Below are positions 24,841 to 37,385 of a stretch of DNA of 64,000 bases, piece after piece. The first letter of the stretch is position 1, and each line of letters opens with the position of its first letter. The DNA comes from Psammoneis japonica. Taxonomy: Eukaryota. Under the pieces are notes generated by a model, which was not told the origin of the DNA, searched no databases, and saw only the letters and a program-made list of their open reading frames with translations. Position numbers and translations under genes: made by a program. Where the stretch lies: contig QPGO01000141.1 of NCBI GenBank assembly GCA_008632985.1, positions 1-64,000 on the forward strand. The letters run 5' to 3'.

Positions 24841-26244
24841 GCACACAAAGGGCAGGAAGCTTTTGCTTTTCCAGGCTGTCCAACAAGCCTTGACTTGGAC
24901 AAGAGCCTGATGTGGACAAGACAAACTGCCAAGCCACAATTCAAGCCCTGAAAGACAGTTCTCTGAACAACAAGAAGCACTCTGATGGGGAAACACAAGA
25001 CATTGTGAATTCTTTAAGGTCAAAGCATTGCCAAGAATGCACTCAGATCTGGCAGCATCCATGGGGGCGAAAGGCTCCATTTGTTTGATGACTGATTTGT
25101 CTGCTGCAAGTGTTCTGCATCTGACGGTGCATGCACCAGCCACAGGTGGACATGTTGACTCAAAAAAGCAGACTGACACTTTTCATGTCCAGTGCAAAAG
25201 ATGCTGTTGAGAACGGAAAGGAAACATCAAGCTTGGTTGCACCACTTCCAAAATTTGAGCAGTGCGGGCCTATGACACTGTCACTGAGATTGAAATCAAA
25301 GCTGGTGAACAGTGGCAGACACCATCATCAGGACCTGAGTCCAAACTGAACAAAGCACACAATTCTCTTGCTCGTTGTGGAAACTGTGGCAGAGTGCAAA
25401 GCTTGTCAATGGATCCAATCACATTGGAGGGGCTGGTTCAGCACAGTGCAACAATTGAAGAAAAAGAGTGAATTGAGAAAATGATCCTGTGATGTGAGCA
25501 AAGATTCCGCATGATTTTGGGGGTGTCGTGCCTTGCCAGAACATTTTGCATCTGATCAAAATCAACAACCTTGCCAAAAAGAAAGGGAAGAATCTGCCAC
25601 ATCCTCATGTGATGGGTTTAGAAAATGATGCCAGTGAGCGTTTCTTGTCCAAGTGTTTGCAAGAGCAGCAGAAAAGGAGTGAAGATTTGACATCTCACCC
25701 CAAGGCCAACCGTTGCACATTCAATTTGTGTGGCACAAAGCCAGTCACAAACCCCTGCAGTGGAGTGACAAGTGACAGCCAGCAAGAACAAGTTGCCAAA
25801 ACCCAGAAAGAGGACAAAGCTCACAATCACACTGTCAAGATTGATCCATTCCCAAATGACACGCCGTTGTTAAATGCCACTCACATGGATGTTGAGCAGC
25901 AATTTAATGTGATGCAAGCAATGCAAAACAAGCTTGCACGGCAGCTCCAGTTTGCAACAAGGGCCAGATTCGGGTTGAATGGAAATGACATGTCATCCTG
26001 CATCATTGTCACGTGTTCCTGCAATGCAAAATGCAGTGTTACAACATGGTGGGGTAACCCCCTAGAGGTCAACCACCCCATGCCAAAGACTGCCCCATGA
26101 GGCAGCCATCAGGATCAGAACGGCAGAGAGGAATTGCAAAAGGACTGTCCAAAGAGGCAGAACTCCTCGACAAGGCAGCTTTGTAACTTCTAGGCGTTAT
26201 ATGTATTAATGCTGATATCGACATTATCTTGCTAAAATTACAAG

Positions 26245-27912
26245 CTATCCTTTTAACTTCATTTTCCTTGCCAACTCCGCGTAGTTGCATCCTCTTGCAT
26301 CGACAAGTAGCTCAGCCAATGCCGGATTCTGGTCCCTGTCCTGTCTCCAAGCCTCCCGAACTTGTGTAACGTATCGGTCAGCATTGGCCGAATTAAGCGA
26401 TCCATTAACGGAAAGCGCTGCAGGGGGAGCAGTTGGCTGCCTCGTCACATCCCAGATTGCGTATACTAGAGATTCCAGATCGTGCGCAGGAGCTGGGAGA
26501 GGGTTCTCCCTCTCAATGAGAGAGTCCAGCACATCCCTTGCCGCATAATGAACCGTTCCCATGAATGTTATTGAACTTCTTGCCTCTGCAGCCGATGCCC
26601 AATCAAACAACAAAACCTCAGTGGTGTCATCAATTGATTCTGCGAATGATACAAAGCCCATGTTGCTTGGCCGAACATCTCGGTGGCAGAAGTTTGCGAT
26701 GTGAGCTTGCTGCAAACACTCCACAAACTTGGCACCAAGAAGCCAGACCACAGCTTGACCCTGCATTTCATGAAGAAGCCTACACACTGGAGAGGCCAAG
26801 AACGCCAGTCCGTCGGTGCTCACGGCCTCAACTCTTGGAATGTGAGAGACACCTCCCTGTTGCAAAGCATCCAGCACGTGTTTTTCCATTGAACACGCAT
26901 CTGTTGACTCAAACGTTTTCACAAATTTGTTGTTAGAAGATGCAACGGAGAAAACCCTCCCGTGCAAGCCCGAACCAATTGCTGTTCTAGCTTCCACACG
27001 AGTTGTTCCGAACATCCACGCAGCAGTAGTTACTGAAAGTTCATCGGGTGAAGCAAAAGCAAACTGTGACAACACTGTGTGGACCAATTTTCCTTCAAGG
27101 ATCGCTGTCCTCTCTATTGTTGGCACCATGTTTTCATCTACCGATACCAACTTCACAGCAACGACTCGGGATAAATCCGAGATAACACCGTGGACTTGAC
27201 GACGACGACCACATCGTGAATATAGTCGCATGCAGTCTCGAACAAACTTGGCTTTATGCCTCTTGGATGGAAAAGGTGATTCGTCTTGGCCAACCCATTC
27301 GAAGAGAGCCGCGACAGTGAGTTCCACCCGTGCGCGGCCTTTCACGAACAACGTAGCATCTTGAGTCATCTTATTCCAGCCATTAGAAGTGTTAGCCATT
27401 TCAAAGCGACTCGAAGAAGGGAAATTCGGCTGAAATTGGGTGTTGATAGCAGATTGTATAACGGATTTCTCCCTTTTTGATGAATCAGTGGTCTCGTAGT
27501 TCTCCCATTCGCCCGGCCAAACATAAGTATCGTTTGCTAGCGGTGAAAGCCAAAAGTCAACAACTTTACCGTCATCATAAGCACGAGAGAGCTCGTCATC
27601 AGGAGAGGTCAATAATCGCTCTGTTGTTGACTTTATCCTTGCACTCTGTAGCTTATAAATTTGACACTTTAAAGACAGTATCTCATTTCGTTGTTGCAGC
27701 TCTGCAATTTGATCACGAAGCTGCTGCTGCTGCTGCGGTGGACCAAGTGTGTACATCCCTCCATCCACGAGAGAGGCAAAGTCGACAACCTCGTCCCCAT
27801 CGCTGTCAATCAAACATTGTAAATTTTTATTCTCTAGCCACTTGTCAAGGGCAGCATCAGTACTAAGCTTTACACCACCAACACCTTCTACAGTTATCCT
27901 GATGGGCGCCAT
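26245..27912 (-). CDS. Crinkler (CRN)-like protein: short header, polyQ/coiled coil, putative restriction-endonuclease-like domain, protein kinase
   Basis: Intronless ORF from MAPIRIT; header LIDSDGDEV...LVDGGMYTLGPPQQQQQ; kinase motifs IGSGLHGRVF, FVK, HRDVRPSN, DWA, GTVHYAA, HDLESL. Confidence 0.8.
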   Translation of the reverse strand: MAPIRITVEGVGGVKLSTDAALDKWLENKNLQCLIDSDGDEVVDFASLVDGGMYTLGPPQQQQQLRDQIAELQQRNEILSLKCQIYKLQSARIKSTTERLLTSPDDELSRAYDDGKVVDFWLSPLANDTYVWPGEWENYETTDSSKREKSVIQSAINTQFQPNFPSSSRFEMANTSNGWNKMTQDATLFVKGRARVELTVAALFEWVGQDESPFPSKRHKAKFVRDCMRLYSRCGRRRQVHGVISDLSRVVAVKLVSVDENMVPTIERTAILEGKLVHTVLSQFAFASPDELSVTTAAWMFGTTRVEARTAIGSGLHGRVFSVASSNNKFVKTFESTDACSMEKHVLDALQQGGVSHIPRVEAVSTDGLAFLASPVCRLLHEMQGQAVVWLLGAKFVECLQQAHIANFCHRDVRPSNMGFVSFAESIDDTTEVLLFDWASAAEARSSITFMGTVHYAARDVLDSLIERENPLPAPAHDLESLVYAIWDVTRQPTAPPAALSVNGSLNSANADRYVTQVREAWRQDRDQNPALAELLVDARGCNYAELARKMKLKG

Positions 27913-29199
27913 TCCGATAAAGGACAATGTCAACAATGTTGCCACTGCTTTTCCTTTTAGCACGCGCGCGTGAGAAGTTAGTTTTGCTGGCAGTGCGGCA
28001 GTGGCGCGGGGGGAGGGACAGATGCGGAGCTGGGGTGGAACTGACTGGCTGGGTCATGCAGGCAGGAAAGGGCGTGGAGTTGTGGCAGGGGTTGTTGAGA
28101 CGGGAACGGAGTTTGACAGAGCAGCGTGTGAGGTGGTCAGCAAGGGATTTGGTGATGGCAAAGCCAGTGCTTTGGAGACCCCACTGTGCGGGAGCAGCGG
28201 TGTGATGGGTGAGGCCAAATCGGCGGCGGAAGTGTTTTTCCATGCGGTGGCAGCTGCGGGGAGTGTGCCGGAGTGTTGTTCTTAACTCCGCTCTGGTGTG
28301 CATTTGTGATGACATCATCACATGCATTGAGTCAATTTTTTTACATTCACGCCAACGTGAATGTCCTTGAGCAAACTCTCAGATCTCACAACGCCCCTCT
28401 GGCAGTTCCCTGACCACCAAACACAGAGGGCGAAAACAATGCACGTTGCATGGGCTCCACCATGATGCCATCCCCCCATTGTCCCCAATGCCCAGCCATG
28501 CTGCTGCCCCTGTCCGCAGCAGCAATCTCTCCTGCACAAGCTCAGCAGTTGTCGAGTCATCGTCAAGTGGGCGAGGAAGTTGCAAGTTGGCTCTCATGTG
28601 CAGATTCAGTCGTTGTTGAGTTGAGTGCTCTGCAATGTTTGTTGTGACATTGCAATTTCGAAATGGCAATTTCAAGCTGCAAAAATCCAAACATTCAAGT
28701 TGTCATTGGGCTGCTGAACAAGCTGAGCTGTGCTGTGTTGTGCCGATGTGTGTCGTGTTGCTTGTGCCAAGGTCTTGTTCTTTCAAGGCTTCTTTGTTTG
28801 ACCAGGCATCACTTCCATCCTAGATTTGGCAACAACCAAGTCAAGCAGCAAAAAAATCCATCATGCAGATGGATGACATGCAGGAAAAAACACAAGCTGC
28901 AGCTGCTGGTGGTTCAAGAATGCAAAGGTGAGAACCAAAGCAGAGATTTGCCATGGCTGAATTTTTGCTTGCATTGACCGTGCGATGGAATTTTTGCTTG
29001 CATTGACCGTGCGATGGAACCAGCAGCAGAGCTCACCCTGCTCTGCCAAGCATGAGGATGTTTGCCAAGTGCATTGGATGCTTTTTCTTTGCAGCTTTGG
29101 TGCCAATCGGCCTGATTGGACACAAAAAATTTCTCGTGATGGCGGCGTTCCCATGCTCCGCTTTTGTGTGATCTGTTTTGTCTTGTGAGCAGTTCAGCC

Positions 29200-30680
29200 A
29201 GCAGTCATCAGAGTGTTCGCTGCTGGGTTCACATTTTCCACTTTGTTTCTCAGAATGGTGGATCTTGCGTGCTTGTCCGTCATTGCAGTCCAAGGATTCA
29301 TCACTCAAAGAGCAGCATGATTGATCCAATTCATGTTGGAGATGTGACAGTTGCGCTTGCAGCAACGGTTGTTCTGACCCCGGTTGCGGCAGTTGTGTTT
29401 ATCCCGGTCGTCATGCTTGAAGGATGCTTTCTTGTGACGTGGATGTCCTGGGTGATTGCACTCCTGGTCATTGTGTCCAGACTTTTTGCAAAAGTCACAG
29501 TGCTTGGGTTTTCAGGGAATCTTGCACCCAGACGTTCCCTTGCAAGATGCCTTGTGGACGTTCTTCTCATTGTTGCAGTCATCGCTTCCATGACGCCGAT
29601 CATTCCAATGCTCATTGCATCTCTTCTTGTGTTTCTCTGCTTGAGGGTTCACACCATTGGCTGTGAGTTTGTCATGCCAAGCTTGCGGTGCGCTCTTGAT
29701 GAGCATGTTGACATGATCATCGTCTGTCAAAGTGGGCTGTGGGTCCAGCGCTTCACAACGGGTTCCAGTCCTGGGTGGGACTTTTTGTGACATTTGCCCC
29801 GCAGGTCAATGGATGTGTTCATCTTTGACATAAAACAAACGGCCAAGTTTGCAGTGCACATGTCTCTGTTCGCACTCAAAGTTTTGGACAACGTGCCTGC
29901 CCTGCACCATTCTCAAGACACTCGAGAATGGCGCAGAAGAAAAAAATGTTAAAAGTTGTTGAATGGATCGCCTGACAATTGCACTGTAAAATGACACAAA
30001 ATTTTTGCCAAAATCACACAGAAATGTGCATGCGCGACATGCGACACGATTCAAAAAACCATCGATGTCACAGTTCAGCAGCACGAGGTCCCACCTGGAC
30101 CTGGAATGCGTCTCACCTTCGTTGACGATGTCCATCAAAAACTGCTGAAGGTCAGCTGTCATGCCATCTGTCGCCGAGACGAGCTGTTTGTGTGTCACTC
30201 CGGATGGTTTCTTGAGGGTCTTCAGACACTTGATCTGGTTGCATTGAGGCATGTTGCTCTTGAGGCAATGTGTCTTGAACGTCTCAAGGACTGCTTGGAA
30301 CATGTCTTCTCTCTCCAGCGCCGGATCTTCAAATTCCTGATGTGCTTGCACCCAATTGATCTTCACTGCACTGATGAGGCAAGTGGAAAAGATGCCAAAC
30401 TTGGACAGGCCTGCTTCACAGGGCTTGTGGTCAAAGATCTCCTTCACCTGTTTTAAGAAATCACATGAGAAATGGAGGTCATCATCGCCATGCTCACTGC
30501 TGAAAGATGTCACTTTCTTTTCATGCGCTCCACTGTGGATGTCGTTTGGGACATCTCAAACTTCAAACTTCGCAGTGGGGCCCTTGAAGTGTTTCGGAGT
30601 TTCCCACTGTCCGGTGAGTTCGAAGGAAGGCATCGCACAGTGTCATTGGAAGTCATCGTGAAAAAACGCGTGAAGTGAAT
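29200..30680 (-). mobile_element. Decayed LTR-retrotransposon gag (Ty3/Gypsy-like), split by MITE D
   Basis: CCHC knuckle CDFCKKSGHNDQEC at ~29457-29499; QIKCLKTLKKP and LTDDDHVNMLIKSAPQAW gag-like motifs; removing MITE D plus one TSD restores NEGEALDPQP. Confidence 0.75.
29757..30112 (+). mobile_element. MITE copy D (converted, internal deletion)
   Basis: aacgggttccagtcctgggtgggac...gtcccacctggacctggaatgcgtc; TSD tcac/tcac; aligns with the reverse complement of copy F. Confidence 0.92.
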
Positions 30681-30692
30681 TCACTGTGCACT

Positions 30693-31084
30693 GACGCGTT
30701 CCAGCCCTAGGTGGGAGCTCGTAGCACTGACGTGTGACAACAATAATTTTTATCATCCGTCGTATGTTTCGTACGTAGATTTCTACGTGTGATATTTAAA
30801 AAAAATTGTCCAGACTCGCTGTTTTGCGAAGCCCCAGACGTTTTATATAACAAATTTATAGAAACAATAATGCACCAGTTACATTCTTCAATGTCTGAAG
30901 AATGTAACTGGCTAAGTAAAAAATGATGTACTTCAATCATGTGCGAGTTTGTGCGTTCGCAAAATTGCCTCATTTTCTGTTGGCGATCATTGACATTTTA
31001 ATTACCGTGTAATTTTACTACGGAGCTCGCACGTAGAAGTCTACGGGCCCAATGTCACACGGATTCCCACCTATGGAACGCGTC
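30693..31084 (-). mobile_element. MITE copy E (unconverted; interior of the A/B type)
   Basis: gacgcgttccagccctaggtggga...tcccacctatggaacgcgtc; TSD cact/cact. Confidence 0.93.
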
Positions 31085-31516
31085 CACTGAGCCAGCATGA
31101 CGTTGATCGATTGATGAAAAAAGTGAGCTTTGTCTTTAGACTGCTCATCGATCTTCCGGAACTTGTGTAGAGAATAGATCTGACTCATCGCTCACATCAT
31201 CGGATGGGCGACGTCAGAAGCAATGGGAATCATTCGGGTCCTGAGAGTCACCACGCAGAAATTGTGCAGGAGAGCACTAAAAATAATTGTCATCAGTCTG
31301 TCCATCTGTCCGTGTGCGAATGTCAGCTTCTCGGGAAATCAATTGAAATGCTCCATCTGATTGACGGCATTTTGATTCACATGGTGAAGGCCAGTGCCGT
31401 CAACCAGATAGCATTTCAATTCAGTTCCCGAAAAGTCACCAGCTCTGATCACTCTCTCGTGTGACATTGTGCACATTTCCACACGATTTTGTGTTTTTCC
31501 CTGTGCAAAATGTCAA

Positions 31517-32455
31517 CCCTTTGACACATGGCCACTGTTTGGGGCCTGGCCCCAAACAATGCGCCATCCTGATTGGTCTAAACAAACAAATCCAAAGTAA
31601 ATTTTGGCGGGAAAATGACGGCTAAATCGCTTGGGGCCTGTTCCCAAATGAGGTTCGAGTGACGAATGTGCTCGAGGCATTGAAAGATTTTAATGGCTGT
31701 TTACGTCGATTGTTGCACTGGTGTGTTGAGCGATCACACGCGAAAACTCAGACGAGAAAACGAGATTTTTTGCCTCCGCAACAGCATCCAAAGATGGCGA
31801 CTCGACCGCCATTTCGGCGGCCGGAGAAAATGGCGGGAAAGCTGCAACCGTCATGTGGGAATCTCAGATTTCAGAATTGTTTGCTGGTGGAAACAAAAAA
31901 TGAAAAGGAAAGGTTGAAAGTGCCGCATGGCAACAAACATCAAACCACCATAAGTTCGATTCTTGTTTTTACTTGTTGACGCAAAGTCAAATCTTACGGC
32001 ACCAAAATGATCAACAATCAACATGAAATTTACGATTTAGATTAAATTAAGCATGGTTGTTTTGATCGTGTTGTTTTTATTTATCTCAGACAACGATAAG
32101 GTGGTCGCCGTGTCGCGAACCTGACATTGTCAATTTCCCCCTGATTTGCCGTGTTGTTCCTCGTCTGTGATTGACACACCGTTGATTCGGATAGAAAACA
32201 ATTATGTGGCTAAAGTATTAACTAAATAGACATATATAAATACATAGAGTTTATGCTGTGAAGACCTGTCAGAATAGAGAGTAAATGGGGTCTCGCGTCC
32301 TGAAACCGCCATTGTCGAGTCGTCGTGGTTCCCGTTCGCAAGAGCAGGCGTCGTGCTCAAATCGTGGTCGTCAAGATTCCGTCAGACAAAATGTCTGACC
32401 GTTAAATTCTTATTTGGGGCCTGGCCCCAAATAAGCAATTTCATGTGTCAAAGGG
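31517..32455. mobile_element. Non-autonomous piggyBac-type element (939 bp)
   Basis: TIR ccctttgacacatg / catgtgtcaaaggg; subterminal palindrome tttggggcctggccccaaa at both ends; right TSD TTAA, left TSD TCAA. Confidence 0.85.
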
Positions 32456-32840
32456 TTAATTATGACCCACGCGACATTTTCGAATGATTCCGCCCATACG
32501 TATTGCATCTGCAAGTATAAATTATAGATCTTAGGCCGGCGTACTGCACCGCAAGCCATCCGTCTGATTGATTGAGTATTTTTCGTTCGTAGATTGTGAC
32601 AGCCACATGGACACTGTTGTCTTGATTTGTTTGCACCGCGACTTTTAACACGAAACACGAGTGCGTGAGTGCAAGAGTTGAACGCATTCTGAGTTCTGTT
32701 ACACTGTCGGAGAGCGACATCTCATACCATGGGGGTCTAGAGCAGCTAGCGCGCTATTCTAGTATTAGAGGCAGTTTTCCGAAATGTTGAGAGGCGAGGG
32801 TACCATACCCCAGCGAAATGATGAAATGAAAAACAAAAGT

Positions 32841-35353
32841 CTAATTGTCTATCGTGAATACATATGCTGACCCGGACCACGCACCATTGACGTCGGCATC
32901 ATTAGCACCAACTCCCAAGACGCTTCCGCTTGACGACAAGGAAACGGATACCCCAAAGTGATTAGATACTGCCTCGCCAAACAACGGGTAACCCACTGGA
33001 ATCCATTCTGTTGCGGATTTGTTGTATTGAAAGATGTTAACTTGACCAACCCATCTTAAACCATCGACGACATGGTTCCAACTTCCAACAGCCAATACAT
33101 TCCATTTCCGCTCAAAGACACCGATGAACCAAACTGATTACCAGGCTGTTGAGTGAAAAGAGTTTGACCTCGTTGATTCCAAGTCAATGTAACGTGATCA
33201 AAGTCATAAACGAAAGTCCTTCCTACTGAAGTATCGTTTTCCCAATAGCCGGGTGCACCAACTGCCACGGCGTAACCAGTGTCGTCCAGAGAAACAGACC
33301 TTCCTAACTCGCCATTATCGACTTGTCCGTTGATAGGATCACACACCGGATCCCATCTTGATGACGAAGAATTGTATTCAAACACTGACACCTGGCCGGC
33401 ATTGATTCCGCCAGAGTCATGAGAGATTGCTCCTACACCAACAATCCCGCCCGAGCGATTCAAGGAAACAGAAACACCGAAAGCATCCCCACCTGCGTTT
33501 CCAATAAGTTGTTGTCCAATTTGATTCCAGGACAATAAGTCAGGAATATACTGAAACATCCGTACCGATCCAAAATGTTCGCCGTTTTCCGTGTAATCCA
33601 GATAAGCTCCCACGGCAACAATGTCTCCCACGTCTGATAGCGACACGGAAAATCCAAAAGAGTCGCCAACAGATTCGACAGCGATTTCGACGCCTAGTTG
33701 ACCCCAACGCTCCGTTTCAGAGCTGTATTCAAACACTTGAACATAAGCGCCATGGCTTCCGCCACTGTTGTTGAATGGTGCTCCAACGGCAAGAATCGTA
33801 CCGTCACCGGAAAGCGACACGGACTCGCCAAAGTTGTCACCATCGGTTTGTCCAACCAATTTCTGACCCATGATCATCCATTGTCCGGCAGCTTCGTTGT
33901 ATCGATAGACAAAGACATATCGGTATGCTCCCACCGCCAGTACAGAGCCATCGCGAGACAAGGATACGGATCTGCCCGAAAAATCACCGCTAGCATTGCC
34001 ATGCAGTACTTGTCCAACAGGTTGCCACGGGCTATTTGGAAGCAAGCCAGAAGTTGGAGCCGGAGTTGGACTCCTCGTGGGTATGGGGGTAGGATTGTAG
34101 GTCGTTGGACCTAAAGTTGGTGGTGCGGTGAGTGGAACTCGAGTCGGAGATGCTGTTAAATGCTCACTTCTTGATGGTGAAGACGTTGGATTTGCTGTAT
34201 TTGTAACTTCACCGACGTCTACCAACTCGTCAAAAACTTTGTTGCCAGCCTTTACACCTGCAGACTGAAGGTAATCCACGTAGACCAACCTCCTAGCAGA
34301 TGTCTTGAATGGCTCTGTCACCAACGTCTCCGTAGAAACGTCGTCAGCGCCGCTTTGAGTCGAATACGTGACTGTTTGGTCGTACACGATTTGAAGGGAA
34401 GCATCCGTGACGATATCACCACCACCACTTTGCAAGAGGATGGTGTCTGTAACTATCAATGTTGTATCAACCTTTTGTACATTTGAAGCCTGCAAATTTC
34501 GAAACGCGAAACGTCGACGGGTGTTGTAAAAGTTCTCGATATAATTTTTGGTTGTTGTCGCCCATAACAATGAGTCTTGCTCATCAAACTCTGTAGCTAC
34601 ACCAATCAAACTCATGGCCAGTCCGACGGCCTCTTTAGTGAAGGTATCAGCGCCTGCATCACTGCTGCTATTGTCGCCGTCACCAGAAGACACTCCGACA
34701 GCGATTCCGACAATCGCTACAGTGGCCGTAACCACCACTCCTACTAGAATAAGGAGGCGTTTGCGGCGACGCTTCCACATCACATCATCATCAAAATCAT
34801 CAACGACACGCCTCTCCCAGGCTTCATTCTCTTGTTCGTTCTCATGCACCGTCGAGACAACATGGGCAACCTCGGCTTGGCCTACCTGAGGTATCGCCTG
34901 GCGAAGACGAATGTTCTCTTCCTCGAGACGAGCAACTCTTGCTTCAATATCGACACCAGTTGATCCAGCTAAATGTGCTTCCACAAGCAACGTTCCATCC
35001 CCAGTAGGCGGTACTGGACACGAGCGAGTCGTCCCGATATCAGAAACGGTAGTCATTGTGTCGTTAACTCCTGCTCGAAGTACTTCTCCATCTTGATTGA
35101 CCGCAAAAGCGCCAGCGACAGCTCGTCCTGATGTATCCGGGTCCAAATCTTCGGTCTTATCTACTCCTTCTTGCAGCTCGTCGCTCTCATCAAAAATGCA
35201 TGATTGGGATCTCGCGTTTGATGAAGGAACTGTATAGTTTGAAGCAGCTTGTTCTACCCTCGCGTCGTCTTGCGTTCTTCTGTGCCCACGCCGATCACAC
35301 ATGTCATCATCGTCACTCATCTTGTTGGAAGCTGTATTGTTTGATTGATTCAT
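32841..35353 (-). CDS. Single-pass membrane protein with luminal SEA-like domain, PT-rich stalk and FG-GAP-like beta-propeller; 1-nt frameshift near 33100
   Basis: TM helix after KRRRKR; FGxSVSLSxxGxxLAVGA repeats; last repeat lies in ORF 32841-33095. Confidence 0.85.
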
Positions 35354-36600
35354 TAATATGGCAACGATATCTCATTTAGTTTGTCACGATTGCAATGGAT
35401 CCGCGGATTCTGACAGCTCACAAAGACATCTAATTGGTTGACACGGTGTTCTCAGAAACGTCATGTTGTGTCGCGCCAATCACGATTTCTTTCATCCAAT
35501 CAATCGCTCTCTATCTATTCACTCGTTTCATTATCCATTGACTCATCCTAAATAGTCGCATTCCTCCCAGCCCTTCTTCTCTTTTTGCTTTTAGAATGCC
35601 ATGGTGGAGTTTATTTGGTTTGAGAATTTGAGAGATTGAAAAATTCGAAACTCCTAAAATAACCCGGAACTTGAAGTTTGCGAAGATTTGATCGTGCGAG
35701 TCGTCTCACTTTACTTTTTTATTGATCACGCAATGATGAACAACAACATTGAGACATCAGCCATGTCTTAGATGCACGTCTAACAGGTGTTGAAACCGTC
35801 CATCCCTTGGGACGCACGTTTAACAGGGGTGTTGAGACCGTTGACGACCCGCGGAGCCGATGCGACGACGCAATGATGCCGGCCTGATGAAACCTTTTTC
35901 CTCGACGCAAAAGGGGGAATGGCGCTATTGGAGCTTTTGCTGTAGGCATCAGTGCTGGATCTCGATTTGGGTTGGCCAATCCGAAGCTAGGACCGGGACC
36001 TTGAAAGACAGTACGACAAATTGGCACAGCTATATTACACAATAACAACAAGATTCTGTAAAGATGACTTTAGTTGTTGAAGGAAGTTGGAAGCGAGATT
36101 TGGTGGGTGGGCATGCGCCGAATAGCGACCAACTAATTCTGACGTGATTGAATATCGTCCAAGCTACGAAGGACCAAGGCATGTAATATTTGCCATGGCT
36201 CGTTTGCTTTCAAGGTCTTCAGAAAGAAAATAGCACTCACGAACAACCAAGATCATGAGAAGGTCGGCGAATCTAACTCTAGTTGTATACCGTAGCGTCG
36301 ACGGACGCGAAAGAGAATTGGCTGACCAGTTCGAAGCAGGAAATTGTTGTTGTATAAAGCCAGATGGGATTGTCAAACAGCCGTGCATTGAAAGCTTGGA
36401 GAGATATTTAAGGTTGACATGTCGCATGCGGATCCTTTCAATAGTGACCGACGGTATGAGTGTTGTTGGAGGTTTGCTTCATTTACAAGTTAATTGGCTC
36501 CTCCCTACGGTTATAGTCTTTTCTTGACGAGTTTCCGCTGCTTAGAATCTTTTGGCACCTGAAGGTCATACATGTGCCGCACGTCGCTGCACGGATCTAC

Positions 36601-37098
36601 TTAAAATGATCCCACCGAAGGGTTCTCGCAGGTAAAGGTATACTCTCTGTCTACCGAATCCAATTCCGCCATAAAGTCCCCGTAGTAACTTCCCTTGAAG
36701 AAAGAGTCAAAGCTCTCCGAGTCAAAACTCGTAATTGTAGAATTTCCGTCATTTTCAATGTCATTGGCATTGCCACACATGCATGTCGTTGGTATGCGAT
36801 GAACCCCAACAGCAAGCAAAACCTTGATATTTTTCAGTACGCTGCTGCGAGGGTATTGCTTGTATCGATGACTGAATCCACTACTACTCGAATTGTCTTT
36901 GCTTCTACTATCATCCGTCTCTGTGTCTCTTTTGTTTTGGTTCATGGCTTCTCGGAAAATGCGTATGGAATCCATGACTTGCTCTTCCAACTGGTACAGA
37001 CCCTCTTTCAAGCTGTGCACGTCGTACGCTACAGCGCGTTTCAGATCGGAATACAATACGCCATCCCTATCGGATGTATCGTTCCATAATTCCTTCAT
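36601..37098 (-). CDS. Hypothetical protein
   Basis: Open frame from MKELWND with normal composition, divergent from the MFS gene; no recognisable domain. Confidence 0.35.
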   Translation of the reverse strand: MKELWNDTSDRDGVLYSDLKRAVAYDVHSLKEGLYQLEEQVMDSIRIFREAMNQNKRDTETDDSRSKDNSSSSGFSHRYKQYPRSSVLKNIKVLLAVGVHRIPTTCMCGNANDIENDGNSTITSFDSESFDSFFKGSYYGDFMAELDSVDREYTFTCENPSVGSF

Positions 37099-37385
37099 TG
37101 TCTCTCTAGTGTATTTGATACTGTAGTAGCTGTAGTTTTCTTTGTTGTGGACGATTGTCACAAGCAAAATCCCGGGTTTGCCCGAACAAAAATGTGAGCT
37201 CGGAGAGGAAAAGCTAAAATTTTCGAAATTATCGAAATTTTCACGTAGAACGCACGGTTTCGTTTTGGTATATGACGTCATGCAGATTTTTGCGCGGGAA
37301 ACGAAAAATAACCGCTGCAACACAAATACCTGCACCACCATGACGCGGTGTTGCTTTGGATTCTTCTACCTTTTCTGATTCAACA

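Larger units (their letters stand above)
20680..26170. other. TpA-depleted hypermutated domain
   Basis: About 14 TA seen in 20.7-26.0 kb, nearly all in TARA/TYTA. Confidence 0.9.
27970..31950. other. TpA-depleted hypermutated domain (interrupted by unconverted MITE E)
   Basis: TA nearly absent outside 30693-31084; right edge falls inside the piggyBac-type element. Confidence 0.85.

Noticed and set aside
26215..27935. Possible 13-bp TIR around the CRN gene (tatcgacattatc / gacaatgtcaaca)
   Set aside because: Three mismatches, no extension and no TSD; could be chance.
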